A stretch of DNA of 64,000 nucleotides from an uncultured Actinomycetes bacterium (GTDB lineage Bacteria; Actinomycetota; Thermoleophilia; UBA2241), in assembly GCA_963725665.1 (NCBI GenBank), contig CAVRZA010000003.1, positions 96,001 through 160,000 on the forward strand, written 5' to 3'. How positions within the stretch are numbered: position 1 is the stretch's first letter; every line of letters starts with the position of its first letter. Made by a program: the position numbers and the translations under genes. Positions 39,020-52,363 of this stretch are shown piece after piece. The notes below the pieces were generated by a model. That model had not been told where the DNA came from and searched no databases. It saw only the letters and a list, made by a program, of their open reading frames with translations.

Positions 39020-39757
39020 GCCGAGAGCTGGCCGGCTGGGCGTCAGCCGTCAGAGGAGGCTTGGGGCCGCCCTCGCCCGTCTTGATCGCGCTCAGAACGT
39101 GTCGTTGACACGGCACGGTGGCGCCGTCTCGCGGACAGGAATGAAGCGAGGCGCAACCGACGACGTTGATTGAATGTCTCGACGCGGCAGTACGGCCTCC
39201 GTAGCTCTACGTGGACATAGTGTATGCGTCTGTTGACTCCCGAGGCGTTTCGGCGAAGAATCGCTATTGTAGACGCGCTCACTGAAGGGCACGATCGGGG
39301 GGCGATACTGTGCCGCAGTTGGGGTTCCGGTTCTCACCGAGGGTGTCTGCGAGGGTCATCCTCGGCGCCTCTGCGCACGGTATCCGTGCGCGCCGCGGCG
39401 AACAGCCGACCTCCATTGTCTCCAAAGAGGTGCAGCGCCTGCCCACCGGTGTTGGCCTCCTACTACCTGCGCGATCGCATCCCGGAGTAGGCCCTCTACT
39501 CAGCGATGTCGGTTTCTACGCATCGCCAACAAACCCCGCGAGACAGTGTCTGCAAAGGCGTGAGCGAGTCGCCGTCTCCGGGCGGCTCGTGGTGATTGTC
39601 CACCACGTGTGATCGGCAACACCGACGAGGAGGTGTAGGGGAGTCTAGCGGGTCGAAGGGCGCCCTGACGTGCGTGAGGAGCCACCATCGGTGTGATGCC
39701 ACGTGAGGGTTTCTTCTCGGGTAGTTCGTCGTTCGAAGCCCAGAAGGGGGCGGGGAC

Positions 39758-41097
39758 ATGAGTAGAACGAAACGCTACGCGACGACGACCTTGTTGTTGG
39801 TGTTGCTCCTGGTCTTTGGCTTGTTGCTGGCCGCTTGCGGCCAGACAGCCGAAACAACCAGCTCTGGGAGCGCATCGGCCGCCACGAAGACCGGGGTCAT
39901 CAAGATCGGCATGAACGCACCCCTGTCTGGCGGGGCCGCAGCGTGGGGTCTGCCGGGGATGCAGGGTCTGGAGATCTGGACGACTGGATGAACGCGAACG
40001 GTGTCGCGATCGGGGACACGAAGTACACCTTTGAGATCGTCAAGTACGACAACGAAGGTATCGGCAGCAAGGCCTTGCTCGGCGCCAGGAAGCTGGCGCT
40101 GCAAGACGGGGTCTCGTTCATCCTGGACCTGGGAGGAGCCACCAGCGGCTCCATGGTGCCCTTCCTGACGAATCAGAAGATGATCTCCTTCACGCTCATC
40201 GCGCAGGACCTCAAGGCGGACAGGCCGTACCTCTACGACGTGACCGACAATTTCCCCACCTACCACATAACCGACTTGGAGTACATCCACAAGGCGCATC
40301 CCGACATGAAGAAGATGGCCATCCTCTCCCAGGATGATGAGATCGGGGTCGCCGCGGTCGCCTGGGCTGACGCTGCGGCTGAGACGGAGGGACTCGAAAT
40401 CGTCTACGACAAGCCCTTCGGGCTGTCGACCACCGACTTCGCTCCCATCGTCACGGCGGCGATCAAGAACAACCCCGACATCATCAACCTGGGAGCCTGC
40501 TACCCGGAGTATCAGGCGCTCATCTGCGAGCAGGCATACCTGCAGGGATGGAAGGGCATCATCACCTCCGCCTGTTGGGACTTCGGCGCCATCCTGGCCA
40601 AGGTGCCCAAGGAGTTCATGGAGGGCGCCGTGTCCAACTTCCCGTATTTCAACGACCCGGGGCTTGACGGAAAGGCGAGCATCGGTCCTATCGGCGACCC
40701 CGTCGCCGCTACCGGCCATACGCACCTCGAGTTCTGGGACGAGTGGGAGAAGCGGTTCCCGAACGCTTCATACTCGGAGATCGTCTGGGAGTACATGTCG
40801 GCCGCTGATATCTGGACCTGGGCCGCGCAGAAGGCGGGCAGCATCGTCCCGGAGGATGTCTCCAAGGCTCTGGAGTCCTCCACCGAGGTTCCTCACACCA
40901 TCGGCGGCATGGGGCAGTGGCTAGGGAAGGACTTCTTCGGCATCGATCACCTCCTGGCGCCTACGTTGCCCATCACGGAGATCCAGAACGGGGAGCCGGT
41001 GATCGTGGACTGGATGACCGTCCGCGACTGGCTGGCGGTGCCCGGCAACGCAGAAGTTCTCGACAAGTACCTCGACAAGTGGCACCTGTCGATCTAG
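39758..41097 (+). pseudogene. branched-chain amino acid-type ABC substrate-binding lipoprotein, frameshift near 39980
   Basis: LLAAC lipobox, IKIGMNAPLSGGAAAWG, then shifted frame ..KYD.., TTDFAPIVT, NPDII. Confidence 0.82.
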
Positions 41098-41246
41098 CAG
41101 CGTCGGCGTGACGCACCGGGAGTACGTTGGTAGCTGGGCCGCGAGAGCGGCCCAGCCACCAGTGCGGTAACTACTCGCCATGAGAGAAAGGTGAGCCGAA
41201 GCGTGATTCTCGCCAACACGGAGGCAGAGGAAGACAGAGAGACATC

Positions 41247-42111
41247 ATGGAGTTCATAGCTCAGACAATACTCAATGCGCTGATAACGAGCTCATTCTTC
41301 GCTCTCGTTGCCGTGGGACTTACGCTCGTATTCGGCGTCATGAAGATCGTGAACTTCGCCCACGGCGAGTTCTACATGCTGGGAGCCTACACAGTCTGGG
41401 TCCTTTTCGCTGTCCACGGCTGGCCGTATTTCGCGACCGTCGTGGTGGCCATGGTCGCGGTCGGCTTCTTGGGCGTGGTCTGCGAAAGGCTCGTCTTCAG
41501 ACCCTTGCGCGGCAACCTGCTGAGCGGCTTCATCGCGTCCGTTGGGCTCGTGTTCATCCTGCAGGTCGCGGTAGGCCGGATCTGGGGCGTCGGGAAGATG
41601 AAGCCGGTCCCGGCCCCGTATCGCGGCGCGGTCGCCTCCGTCGGTGGTGTCAGCGTCGACGCGCAGAGGATCATAGCGTTCGTGGGAGCATGTTGCTCTC
41701 GTGGCCCTGCTGCTGCTCTTCCTGAATCGCTCCAGGACGGGCCGGGCGCTGCGCGCTTCTTCGCAGGACGTCGAAGCGGCCGAGCTGCAGGGGATAAGCG
41801 TGAACCGAGCGGCTGTGGTCGCCATGCTCCTCGGCTCCGCCATGGCCGGAGCCGCCGGCGCTCTGATGGCGCTCATCATGTCGGTCTACCCTTACATGGG
41901 CGGCCTGGTCGTCTGGATGGCCTTCGTCATCGTCATCGTAGGCGGACAAGGCAACATCAAGGAAGCCATCTACGCCGCTCTCATGTTCGGCTTCCTCAAC
42001 ACCATCATCACGACGGTGTGGGATTCGACCATCGCCGCTCTGGTCATCGCGGTGTTCATGCTCGTCTTCCTGGCGGTCAGACCTCAAGGGTTGTTGGGCC
42101 ATGCTGAGTAG
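41247..42111 (+). pseudogene. livH: branched-chain amino acid ABC permease LivH, frameshift near 41695
   Basis: GLTLVFGVMKIVNFAHGEFYMLG; GRALRA.SQD..AA.L.GI; FL.VRPQGL. Confidence 0.88.
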
Positions 42112-42354
42112 CAGGACACTACCCATCATCATGGTGCTGCTCATTCTCGCGGTCGTGGGCATCGCGTGCCGTTCGCGACGAGCTACTACTACACCGATGT
42201 GATCACGATGCTCTTCATCAACATCATCCTGGTGAGCAGCTTCCGTCTCATCACGCTCACCGGCAACTGGAACCTGGCCCAGATACCGCTGATGGGCGTA
42301 GGGGCCTACAGCAGCGCGCTGATAACGGGCTCTCTTGGCTGGCCGTTCTGGCTC
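42101..42354 (+). pseudogene. livM: N-terminal fragment of LivM permease
   Basis: LITLTGNWNLAQIPLMGVGAYSSA..GWPFWLA, then abrupt switch to livF sequence. Confidence 0.7.
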
Positions 42355-43056
42355 GCTCAGCCTAGAGAACATAGAAGTACGCTACGGCGGAGTCAGGGCA
42401 CTCAGGGGAATCTCTCTGGACGCTGAGGCCGGGAGCATCACCACGCTGATCGGAGCCAACGGCGCCGGCAAGAGCACATGTTTGAAGGCGATCTCGGGTC
42501 TGGTACCACTTGCCTCGGGAGAGATCTGGTTTGGGGACCAGAGAATAGACGGCTTGAGACCGGACAAGGTGGTCAACTGGGCATCGGCCACGTTCCCGAA
42601 GGCAAGCGGCTCTTTCTCGAAATGAGCATCTTCGACAACCTCATGACCGGCGCCTACTTGAGGAAGGACAAGCAGGGGATAGCCGATGACCTGGAACGGA
42701 TCTACAGCTACTTCCCGGTGCTCGGCAAGGCGCGTGGCCGCTCGGCATCTGACCTGAGCGGAGGGGAGCAACAGATGCTCGCCATCGGAAGAGGCGTCAT
42801 GTGCAACCCGAAGCTGCTGCTGCTCGACGAGCCGTCGCTTAGCCTTTCGCCGATCCTGTGTCAAGAGGTGGCGGATATCGTTGAACAGATTGCGCGCGAC
42901 GGCCACTCGATCCTCCTCATCGAGCGGAATGCAAGCTCGGCGCTGAAGATCGCCGAGAAGGGCTACGTGCTAGAGCGCGGCGAGATCGCTCTGGAGGGGA
43001 GCAGCGAGGAGCTCCAGGGCAACGACTGCGTCAGGCAGGCTTATCTGGGGCTTTGA
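42355..43056 (+). pseudogene. livF: LivF ABC ATPase lacking its start, frameshift near 42575
   Basis: LSLENIEVRYG, GANGAGKS, HVPEGKRLF, LSGGEQQMLAIGR, LLDEPS, VRQAYLG. Confidence 0.85.
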
Positions 43057-43512
43057 CCGAGTGGCAATCGCTTCGGCGAGTGCCGTGTGCGGATCACAGG
43101 CCGGTACGACGCGGTGGTCCAACAGCAGACCGACTGCGCGGAGCGTTCGACTCGTCCGTCCCGGGTCAGATTCCGTTTTTCCTCTGATTCTCGACGCCAC
43201 CCACGACGTGGGACTTGATCACGCACGCCACCAATCTAAGTTCCTGCAAGGCGGGTTTCAATGCCACAGAGGCACGCAACCGTTTCTCTGTGAAATGCCA
43301 ACCTGACCATGCTTCTTGAAACAGGGATCCCACCGTGGGCCTTCCTAGACCGCAGCATGGGGGCCAAGAGCACTGCCCGTCCGCGAATCCAGTGTCCACG
43401 TGCAGTCTGGCCAGTCGATGTTGTCGCCCCTGGGGTGATAGGCCGCGGTGCCGAAGCGGATGTTGGGCGGGCTGGTGACGGGGAGCGGCGGAGGGTCGAG
43501 TCGAGGAGAGGC

Positions 43513-44328
43513 TTGCTGATCGCGGTTTGTCTGGTGGCGCTCGTTCTGGGCCTGGTGCCGGCAAGTACCGTCGTCTCCGGTTGCGGATCGCGCGCAGGAG
43601 GAGACGGGCGGGTGGAGGATCTGACCTGGATTCTTCAGTCCTATCGGGACGCGGAGGGTGAGACGAGGGCCGTTCGCGCCGATGTGCGAGTAGACGCGAT
43701 GTTCGCGGCTGGCAGGGTCAGCGGCTCGTCAGGCTGCAACGACTACCAGGGACCGGCCCGGATCTCGGGCAGCAGTATGCAGAACGGCCCACTGGTCACA
43801 ACGAAGAAGACGTGCCTTCCCTCGGTCATGAAGATCGAGCAGGCGTATCTCGCGAACCTAGAGAGCGCGGCCGCTGGAGTCGAGGACAAGTCCGGATCTC
43901 TTGTCATCAAGGATGCAGACGGTGCTGCGCTCCTCACGTTCGCAAGGGAGAAGCCGCGCCAATTCTCAGGTAGTTCTTGGAGGCTGGCCTTCTGCACAAA
44001 TGGGAGTGGTGGGGTGGTTTCGGTGCTCAAGAACACGTCTGTCAATATCACCTTTGACGAAGAGGGGAACCTCGCCGGCTTGGCAGGCTGCAACTCGTAC
44101 TGGGGCACCTACGCCACAGAGGACAACAAGCTTTCGATCGGCCCCGTTGGTTCCACTGAGCAATCCTGCGCGGAGCCGGCCGGCATCATGGAACAGGAGA
44201 AGGCCTACCTGAAGGCGTTGCGGGACGCTGCCACCTTCAATATCAAGGGGGACACCCTCGAGCTGAGATCGGGCGATGGGAGCCTCCTCGCACTGTACGA
44301 CGCCTGGAAGGTGCCGCCCGGCGGCTGA
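43513..44328 (+). CDS. META-domain (HslJ-like) lipoprotein with two META repeats
   Basis: VSGC lipobox; two repeats of W.L...G.sGCN.Y.G...GP..T...C....M..E.AYL..L; start uncertain. Confidence 0.82.
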   Translation: MLIAVCLVALVLGLVPASTVVSGCGSRAGGDGRVEDLTWILQSYRDAEGETRAVRADVRVDAMFAAGRVSGSSGCNDYQGPARISGSSMQNGPLVTTKKTCLPSVMKIEQAYLANLESAAAGVEDKSGSLVIKDADGAALLTFAREKPRQFSGSSWRLAFCTNGSGGVVSVLKNTSVNITFDEEGNLAGLAGCNSYWGTYATEDNKLSIGPVGSTEQSCAEPAGIMEQEKAYLKALRDAATFNIKGDTLELRSGDGSLLALYDAWKVPPGG

Positions 44329-44417
44329 TTCCGGGCGAACTGCCAGTAGGTCCTACCGGCTCCTCACTTCCATCAAGTCCTCAGACGCCAGGAAAGGCAC
44401 GGCACTGGCACTGTGCC

Positions 44418-44460
44418 TGCGCGCCACCTACGAGTGTCTCTACGGTGACCAGTTGGCGGG
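44418..44460 (+). repeat. right copy of diverged direct repeat (orphan slt 3' end, LRATYECLYGDQLAGC*)
   Basis: Matches slt VRAIYDRVYGAGQL at DNA and protein level. Confidence 0.6.
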
Positions 44461-44526
44461 GTGCTGACGCGTTGCTGCGCGAGGCCGTCGCCGCTCGTGT
44501 GTGTTCGTGTTGAGGGCCCGTCATTG

Positions 44527-44540
44527 CGAACATACGTTCG
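44527..44540. promoter_or_regulatory. LexA (SOS) box upstream of uvrB
   Basis: CGAAC-ATAC-GTTCG, exact Gram-positive consensus, next to a TGgTAGTGT extended -10. Confidence 0.85.
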
Positions 44541-44642
44541 CATTGGTAGTGTAGACAATTGGGCGCGGCCGTCGGCGGTCGCCCCGCGGCCGCCGGCCGC
44601 CGCGCCCACGTCCTTGCGTCCCGAATGGGGTATCTAGAGACC

Positions 44643-46667
44643 GTGAGCGAGTTCAGCCTGCGAGCCGACTACAGCATGACCGGCGACCAGCCGCAGGCGG
44701 TCGACGCGCTGGCCGAAGGCGTCGTGCGCGGCGACCGCTATCAGACGCTGCTGGGCGTCACCGGCTCGGGCAAGACGTTCACCATGGCCAACGTGCTGGC
44801 GAAGGTGCACAAGCCGACGCTGGTGATCGCCCATAACAAGACGCTGGCCGCCCAGCTCTGCAACGAGTTCCGCGAGTTCCTGCCTGACAACGCCGTCGAG
44901 TACTTCGTCAGCTACTACGACTACTACCAGCCCGAGGCCTACGTGCCGGCGCGCGACCTCTACATCGAGAAAGACTCCTCGATCAACGACGACATCGACC
45001 GCCTGCGCCACGCCGCCACGAGCGCCCTCTTCCTGCGCCGTGACGTGGTCATCGTCGCCAGCGTGAGCTGCATCTACAACCTGGGTTCGCCCGAGGAGTA
45101 CCTCGACAGCGTGGTGCTCCTGCAGGTCGGCGAGGAGGCCGAGCGCGACCACCTGCTGCGCCGCCTTGTCGACATCCAGTACCAGCGTAACGACTTCGAG
45201 CTTGGGCGGGGCAAGTTTCGCGTGCGCGGCGACTCCTTCGAGCTATGGCCCGCGGGCGAAGACGTGGCGCTGCGCGTGCAGCTCTGGGGTGACGAGATCG
45301 AGGAGATTGCCCGCTTCGACCCCGTCAGCGGCGAGGTCACCGAGCGGCTCAAGTACGTCGCGGTCTACCCGGCGACCCACTTCATAACGAGCGGACCGGC
45401 CATCGAGCGCGCGCTGGCCGAGATCCAACAGGAGCTCGACGAGCGCTGTGCCTCGTTCGAGTCGCAGGGCAAGCTCCTCGAGGCCCACCGTCTGCGTCAG
45501 CGCACCCAGTACGACATGGAGATGATGCGCGAGATGGGCTTCTGCAGCGGCATCGAGAACTACTCGCGCGTGCTCGACGGCAGGGCGCCGGGATCGACCC
45601 CCAGTTGCCTGCTCGACTACTTCCCCGACGACTTCCTCTGCTTCATCGACGAGTCGCACATGACGGTGCCGCAGATCGGCGGCATGTACGAGGGCGACCG
45701 CTCGCGCAAGCAGACGCTGGTCGACTACGGCTTCCGCCTGCCCAGCGCCCTCGACAACCGCCCGCTGCGTTTCGACGAGTTCGTGGCGCGTGTGCCGCAG
45801 ATCGTCTTTGTGAGCGCCACGCCGGGTGTCTTCGAGCTGCGCAACAGCGTCAACATCGTCGAGCAGATCATCCGCCCCACGGGGCTCGTCGACCCCGAAG
45901 TCGAGGTCCGTCCGACGCAGGGACAGATCGACGACCTCATGAACGAGATCCGCGCCCGTGTCGAGCGCGACGAGCGCGTGCTGGTCACGACGCTCACAAA
46001 GCGCATGAGCGAGGACCTGACCGACTACCTCATCGAGATGGGCTTCAAGGTGCGCTACCTGCACTCCGAGATCGATACGCTCGAGCGCATCCAGATCGTA
46101 CGCGAGCTGAGGCTGGGCGAGTTCGACGTGTTGGTGGGCATCAACCTGCTGCGCGAGGGCCTCGACCTGCCCGAGGTGACCCTCGTCGCCATCCTCGACG
46201 CCGACAAGGAGGGCTTCCTGCGCGGGCAGACGAGCCTCATCCAGACGATCGGGCGCGCGGCGCGCAACGTGAACGGCACGGTGATCATGTACGCCGACAC
46301 CCTCACCGCCGCCATGCGCACGGCCATCGATGAGACCAACCGTCGCCGCCGCTTGCAGGCGGCCTTCAACGAGGAGCACGGCATCGAGCCGAAGAGTATC
46401 GTGAAGGCGGTGAGCGACATCGCCCAGTTCGCCGCCGCCGAGCAGGGGCCGGGGGTGCCGAGCGGGCGCAGGCGCTCGCTCAAGGGCCGTCAGGAGGAGC
46501 GCGCGGTGATGCCGGCTGAGGAGGTCGAGAAGCTGATCGCCAACCTCGAAGCGGAGATGTTCGCGGCGGCAGATCAGCTCAAGTTCGAGTACGCCGCCAA
46601 GCTGCGCGACGAGATCAAAGAACTGACGCGCGAACTAGCGCGGCGCGGCGTGGCCGCGCCGCGCTAG
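44643..46667 (+). CDS. uvrB: excinuclease ABC subunit B
   Basis: [42 protein letters not shown]-terminal UVR domain. Confidence 0.98.
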   Translation: MSEFSLRADYSMTGDQPQAVDALAEGVVRGDRYQTLLGVTGSGKTFTMANVLAKVHKPTLVIAHNKTLAAQLCNEFREFLPDNAVEYFVSYYDYYQPEAYVPARDLYIEKDSSINDDIDRLRHAATSALFLRRDVVIVASVSCIYNLGSPEEYLDSVVLLQVGEEAERDHLLRRLVDIQYQRNDFELGRGKFRVRGDSFELWPAGEDVALRVQLWGDEIEEIARFDPVSGEVTERLKYVAVYPATHFITSGPAIERALAEIQQELDERCASFESQGKLLEAHRLRQRTQYDMEMMREMGFCSGIENYSRVLDGRAPGSTPSCLLDYFPDDFLCFIDESHMTVPQIGGMYEGDRSRKQTLVDYGFRLPSALDNRPLRFDEFVARVPQIVFVSATPGVFELRNSVNIVEQIIRPTGLVDPEVEVRPTQGQIDDLMNEIRARVERDERVLVTTLTKRMSEDLTDYLIEMGFKVRYLHSEIDTLERIQIVRELRLGEFDVLVGINLLREGLDLPEVTLVAILDADKEGFLRGQTSLIQTIGRAARNVNGTVIMYADTLTAAMRTAIDETNRRRRLQAAFNEEHGIEPKSIVKAVSDIAQFAAAEQGPGVPSGRRRSLKGRQEERAVMPAEEVEKLIANLEAEMFAAADQLKFEYAAKLRDEIKELTRELARRGVAAPR

Positions 46668-46708
46668 TTCGCGCGACGAGGTTTCGCGAAGGGAACCGTA
46701 GGCAGGGT

Positions 46709-49801
<3,093 letters not shown>

Positions 49802-49808
49802 GCGCAGG

Positions 49809-51740
49809 ATGTCAACCAGCTCCCGCACCGTGACCGATCTACGCGAGACCGTCGCCCGACTCCCGAACGAACCCGGTGTCTACCGCTTCCTCGACGAGGC
49901 CGGGGATGTGCTCTACGTAGGCAAGGCCAAGGCGCTGCGCAAACGTGTGCTGTCGTACCTCAGCAAGGCGCACGACGCACGCATCACCGAGATGGTCGCC
50001 CGCGCGCGCGATGTGGAGTGCGTCGTCACGCGCTCCGAGCGCGAGGCGCTCCTCCTCGAGGACAACTTCATCAAGGAGTTCCGTCCGCCGTTCAACCTGC
50101 GACTGCGTGACGACAAGAGCTACCCCTTCATCGAGATCACGCTGGCCGAGGAGTGGCCTCGGGTCCGCTTCACGCGCGAGCGGCACGCGCCGGGAAACCT
50201 GTACTTCGGCCCGTATTCGAGCGCGAAGAAGGTGCGTGAGACCCTGGAGCTGATCGGGCGCATCTTCCCGTACCGCAAGTGCCCGGGCGAGAAGCCGGGG
50301 AGGCGCAGCGGGACGCCCTGTCTGCAGCACTTCATCAACCGCTCGCTGGCGCCCTGCGACGATCGTGTCTCGCACGAGGAATACATGCGCGTCATCGAGC
50401 AGGTCATCGACTTCTTGCGCGGCCGCCTCAGGGAGGTCGCGCGGCACATCGAGCGCGACATGCGTGAGGCGGCCGCGAGCCAGGAGTTCGAGAAGGCGGC
50501 GCTGTTGCGCGACCGTCTCGAGGCGGTGCGGCACGTGCAGGAGCGCCAGGCGGTCGAGCACGAGGGCGGCGGCTCCTTCGACGTCGTCGGCCTCTACCAG
50601 GGCGACCCCGGGGGCAACCTGCAGGTGTTCCGCGTGCGCGACGGGGCGCTGGTCGACCGGCAGACGTTCTTCGTCGAGAACGCCGTCGGGCGCGAGACGG
50701 CGACGGTGCTCGAGGAGTTCCTGCTCGCCTACTACGGCGAGGGCGTGACGATCCCGGCTCAGGTGATCGCGGACCTGGGGAAGGAGCAGGCCTTCGACGT
50801 GGCCGCCCTGCTCGGCGGGCGGCGCGGGTCCAGGGTCGAAGTGCGGCGCGCGCTGCGCGGCGTCAAGCGCCGTCTCTGGGAGCTCGCGCAGCGCAACGCC
50901 GCGCTTGCCGCCGAAGCCGAGAGCGAGCGCCTGCAGCACCGCCGGGAGAGTCGCGAGCTGGCTCTGCAGGGGCTGCGCGACGCGCTCGGGCTGCCGTCCC
51001 TGCCGCTGCGCATCGAGTGCTACGACATCTCGAACCTGGGCGAGGCCCACCCGGTGGGCTCCATGGTGGTCTTCGAAGGGGCGCTGCCGAAGAAGGCGCA
51101 TTACCGCAAGTTCGCCGTGCGCGCGGTGTCGGGCCAGGACGACATCGCCATGATGCACGAGGTGCTTCTGCGCCGGTTCAGGCGTCGCGACGCGGGCGTG
51201 GGCCACGGTGCTGGGCGCGAAGGTCCGGGCGGCCGCGGGGGCGACGGTGATGGCGACGGGGACGGGCCGGATGGGGGCGAACCCTACGACGAGAGCTTCG
51301 CGCGCCTGCCCGACCTCGTAGTCATCGACGGTGGCAAGGGGCAGCTCTCGGCGGCGACGGCCGCCCTCGAGGAGCGTGGCCTCGAGCTGCCGGTCGTCGG
51401 CCTTGCCAAGCGACGCGAGGAAGTGTTCGTGCCGGGGCGGCCGTCGCCCGTGGAGCTGCCCCCCGACGAGCCGGCCTCGCTGCTCCTGCAACGCATCCGC
51501 GACGAGGCGCATCGTTTCGCCCTCACCTTCCACCGCCAGCGGCGCGGCGGCGCGGTGACCAAGACGTCGATCTTCGATGCGCTGCCGCAGGTCGGCCCTG
51601 TGCGGCGGCGGAGGATCCTCCAGCACTTCGGCAGCCCGGAGCGCTTCGTGGCGGCTTCGCGGGAGGACCTCGAGCAGGTGCCGGGGCTGCCGGTCAGGGT
51701 GGCGCGCGAGATCTACGCGCAACTGCACAAGGCGGGATAG
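49809..51740 (+). CDS. uvrC: excinuclease ABC subunit C
   Basis: PGVY..YVGKAK GIY-YIG, RIECYDIS, DLVVIDGGKGQ, RDEAHRFA, HhH. Confidence 0.97.
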   Translation: MSTSSRTVTDLRETVARLPNEPGVYRFLDEAGDVLYVGKAKALRKRVLSYLSKAHDARITEMVARARDVECVVTRSEREALLLEDNFIKEFRPPFNLRLRDDKSYPFIEITLAEEWPRVRFTRERHAPGNLYFGPYSSAKKVRETLELIGRIFPYRKCPGEKPGRRSGTPCLQHFINRSLAPCDDRVSHEEYMRVIEQVIDFLRGRLREVARHIERDMREAAASQEFEKAALLRDRLEAVRHVQERQAVEHEGGGSFDVVGLYQGDPGGNLQVFRVRDGALVDRQTFFVENAVGRETATVLEEFLLAYYGEGVTIPAQVIADLGKEQAFDVAALLGGRRGSRVEVRRALRGVKRRLWELAQRNAALAAEAESERLQHRRESRELALQGLRDALGLPSLPLRIECYDISNLGEAHPVGSMVVFEGALPKKAHYRKFAVRAVSGQDDIAMMHEVLLRRFRRRDAGVGHGAGREGPGGRGGDGDGDGDGPDGGEPYDESFARLPDLVVIDGGKGQLSAATAALEERGLELPVVGLAKRREEVFVPGRPSPVELPPDEPASLLLQRIRDEAHRFALTFHRQRRGGAVTKTSIFDALPQVGPVRRRRILQHFGSPERFVAASREDLEQVPGLPVRVAREIYAQLHKAG

Positions 51741-51748
51741 GGGGAGCG

Positions 51749-52363
51749 ATGGCGCGACGCGTCGAGTACTACGAGACGTCGTTCGGCGTCGGCAGGCTGG
51801 TGTTCGAGGAGGACCTCCCCGTCGAGCTTGACCTGCCCGCGCCCGGACGGCGGGCGAGCGAGAGCGAGCCCAGGCGCGGGGGTGCGGGCCGCGTTGGATT
51901 CGAGCACGACGGAAGCGACGAGCGCGACGGTAAGCCTAGCCGCTGGGGCGACCTGCTCGCACGCTATTTTGCCGGCGAGCAGGTCGCTTTTCCCCTCGAC
52001 CTGGAGCGCTTCCTGGACGCCTACGGCTTCACCGCCTTCGAGCGCGACGTGCTGCGCGCCCTGTCACGCGTACCCTACGGACGGGCGGTGAGCTACGGCG
52101 ACCTGGCCGCGGCAGCCGGGCGGCCACACGCCTACCGTGCGGCGGGCAGCGTCATGGCGCGCAACCCGCTGCCCGTGATCCTTCCCTGCCACCGCGTCGT
52201 GCACAGCGACGGCAGCCTGGGACGCTACGGCGACGACCCGAGCTGGAAGCCCCGTCTCCTGCGGCTCGAGGGGCTGGACCCCGAGCAGCTTCGCCAATCG
52301 AGGGAGCACGCCAAGCGGCGCGCCGGCGCGCCGCGAGCGGCGGCATCGCGATGGAGTTCGTGA
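51749..52363 (+). CDS. ogt: methylated-DNA--protein-cysteine methyltransferase
   Basis: VPYG..SYG.LA, RAAG..MARNP, PCHRVV active site. Confidence 0.92.
   Translation: MARRVEYYETSFGVGRLVFEEDLPVELDLPAPGRRASESEPRRGGAGRVGFEHDGSDERDGKPSRWGDLLARYFAGEQVAFPLDLERFLDAYGFTAFERDVLRALSRVPYGRAVSYGDLAAAAGRPHAYRAAGSVMARNPLPVILPCHRVVHSDGSLGRYGDDPSWKPRLLRLEGLDPEQLRQSREHAKRRAGAPRAAASRWSS

Larger units (their letters stand above)
33421..44417. mobile_element. degenerate genomic island (no integrase seen)
   Basis: Visibly more A/T-rich; interrupts coaE-slt / uvrB synteny; flanked by duplicated slt 3' end; many lesions. Confidence 0.6.
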
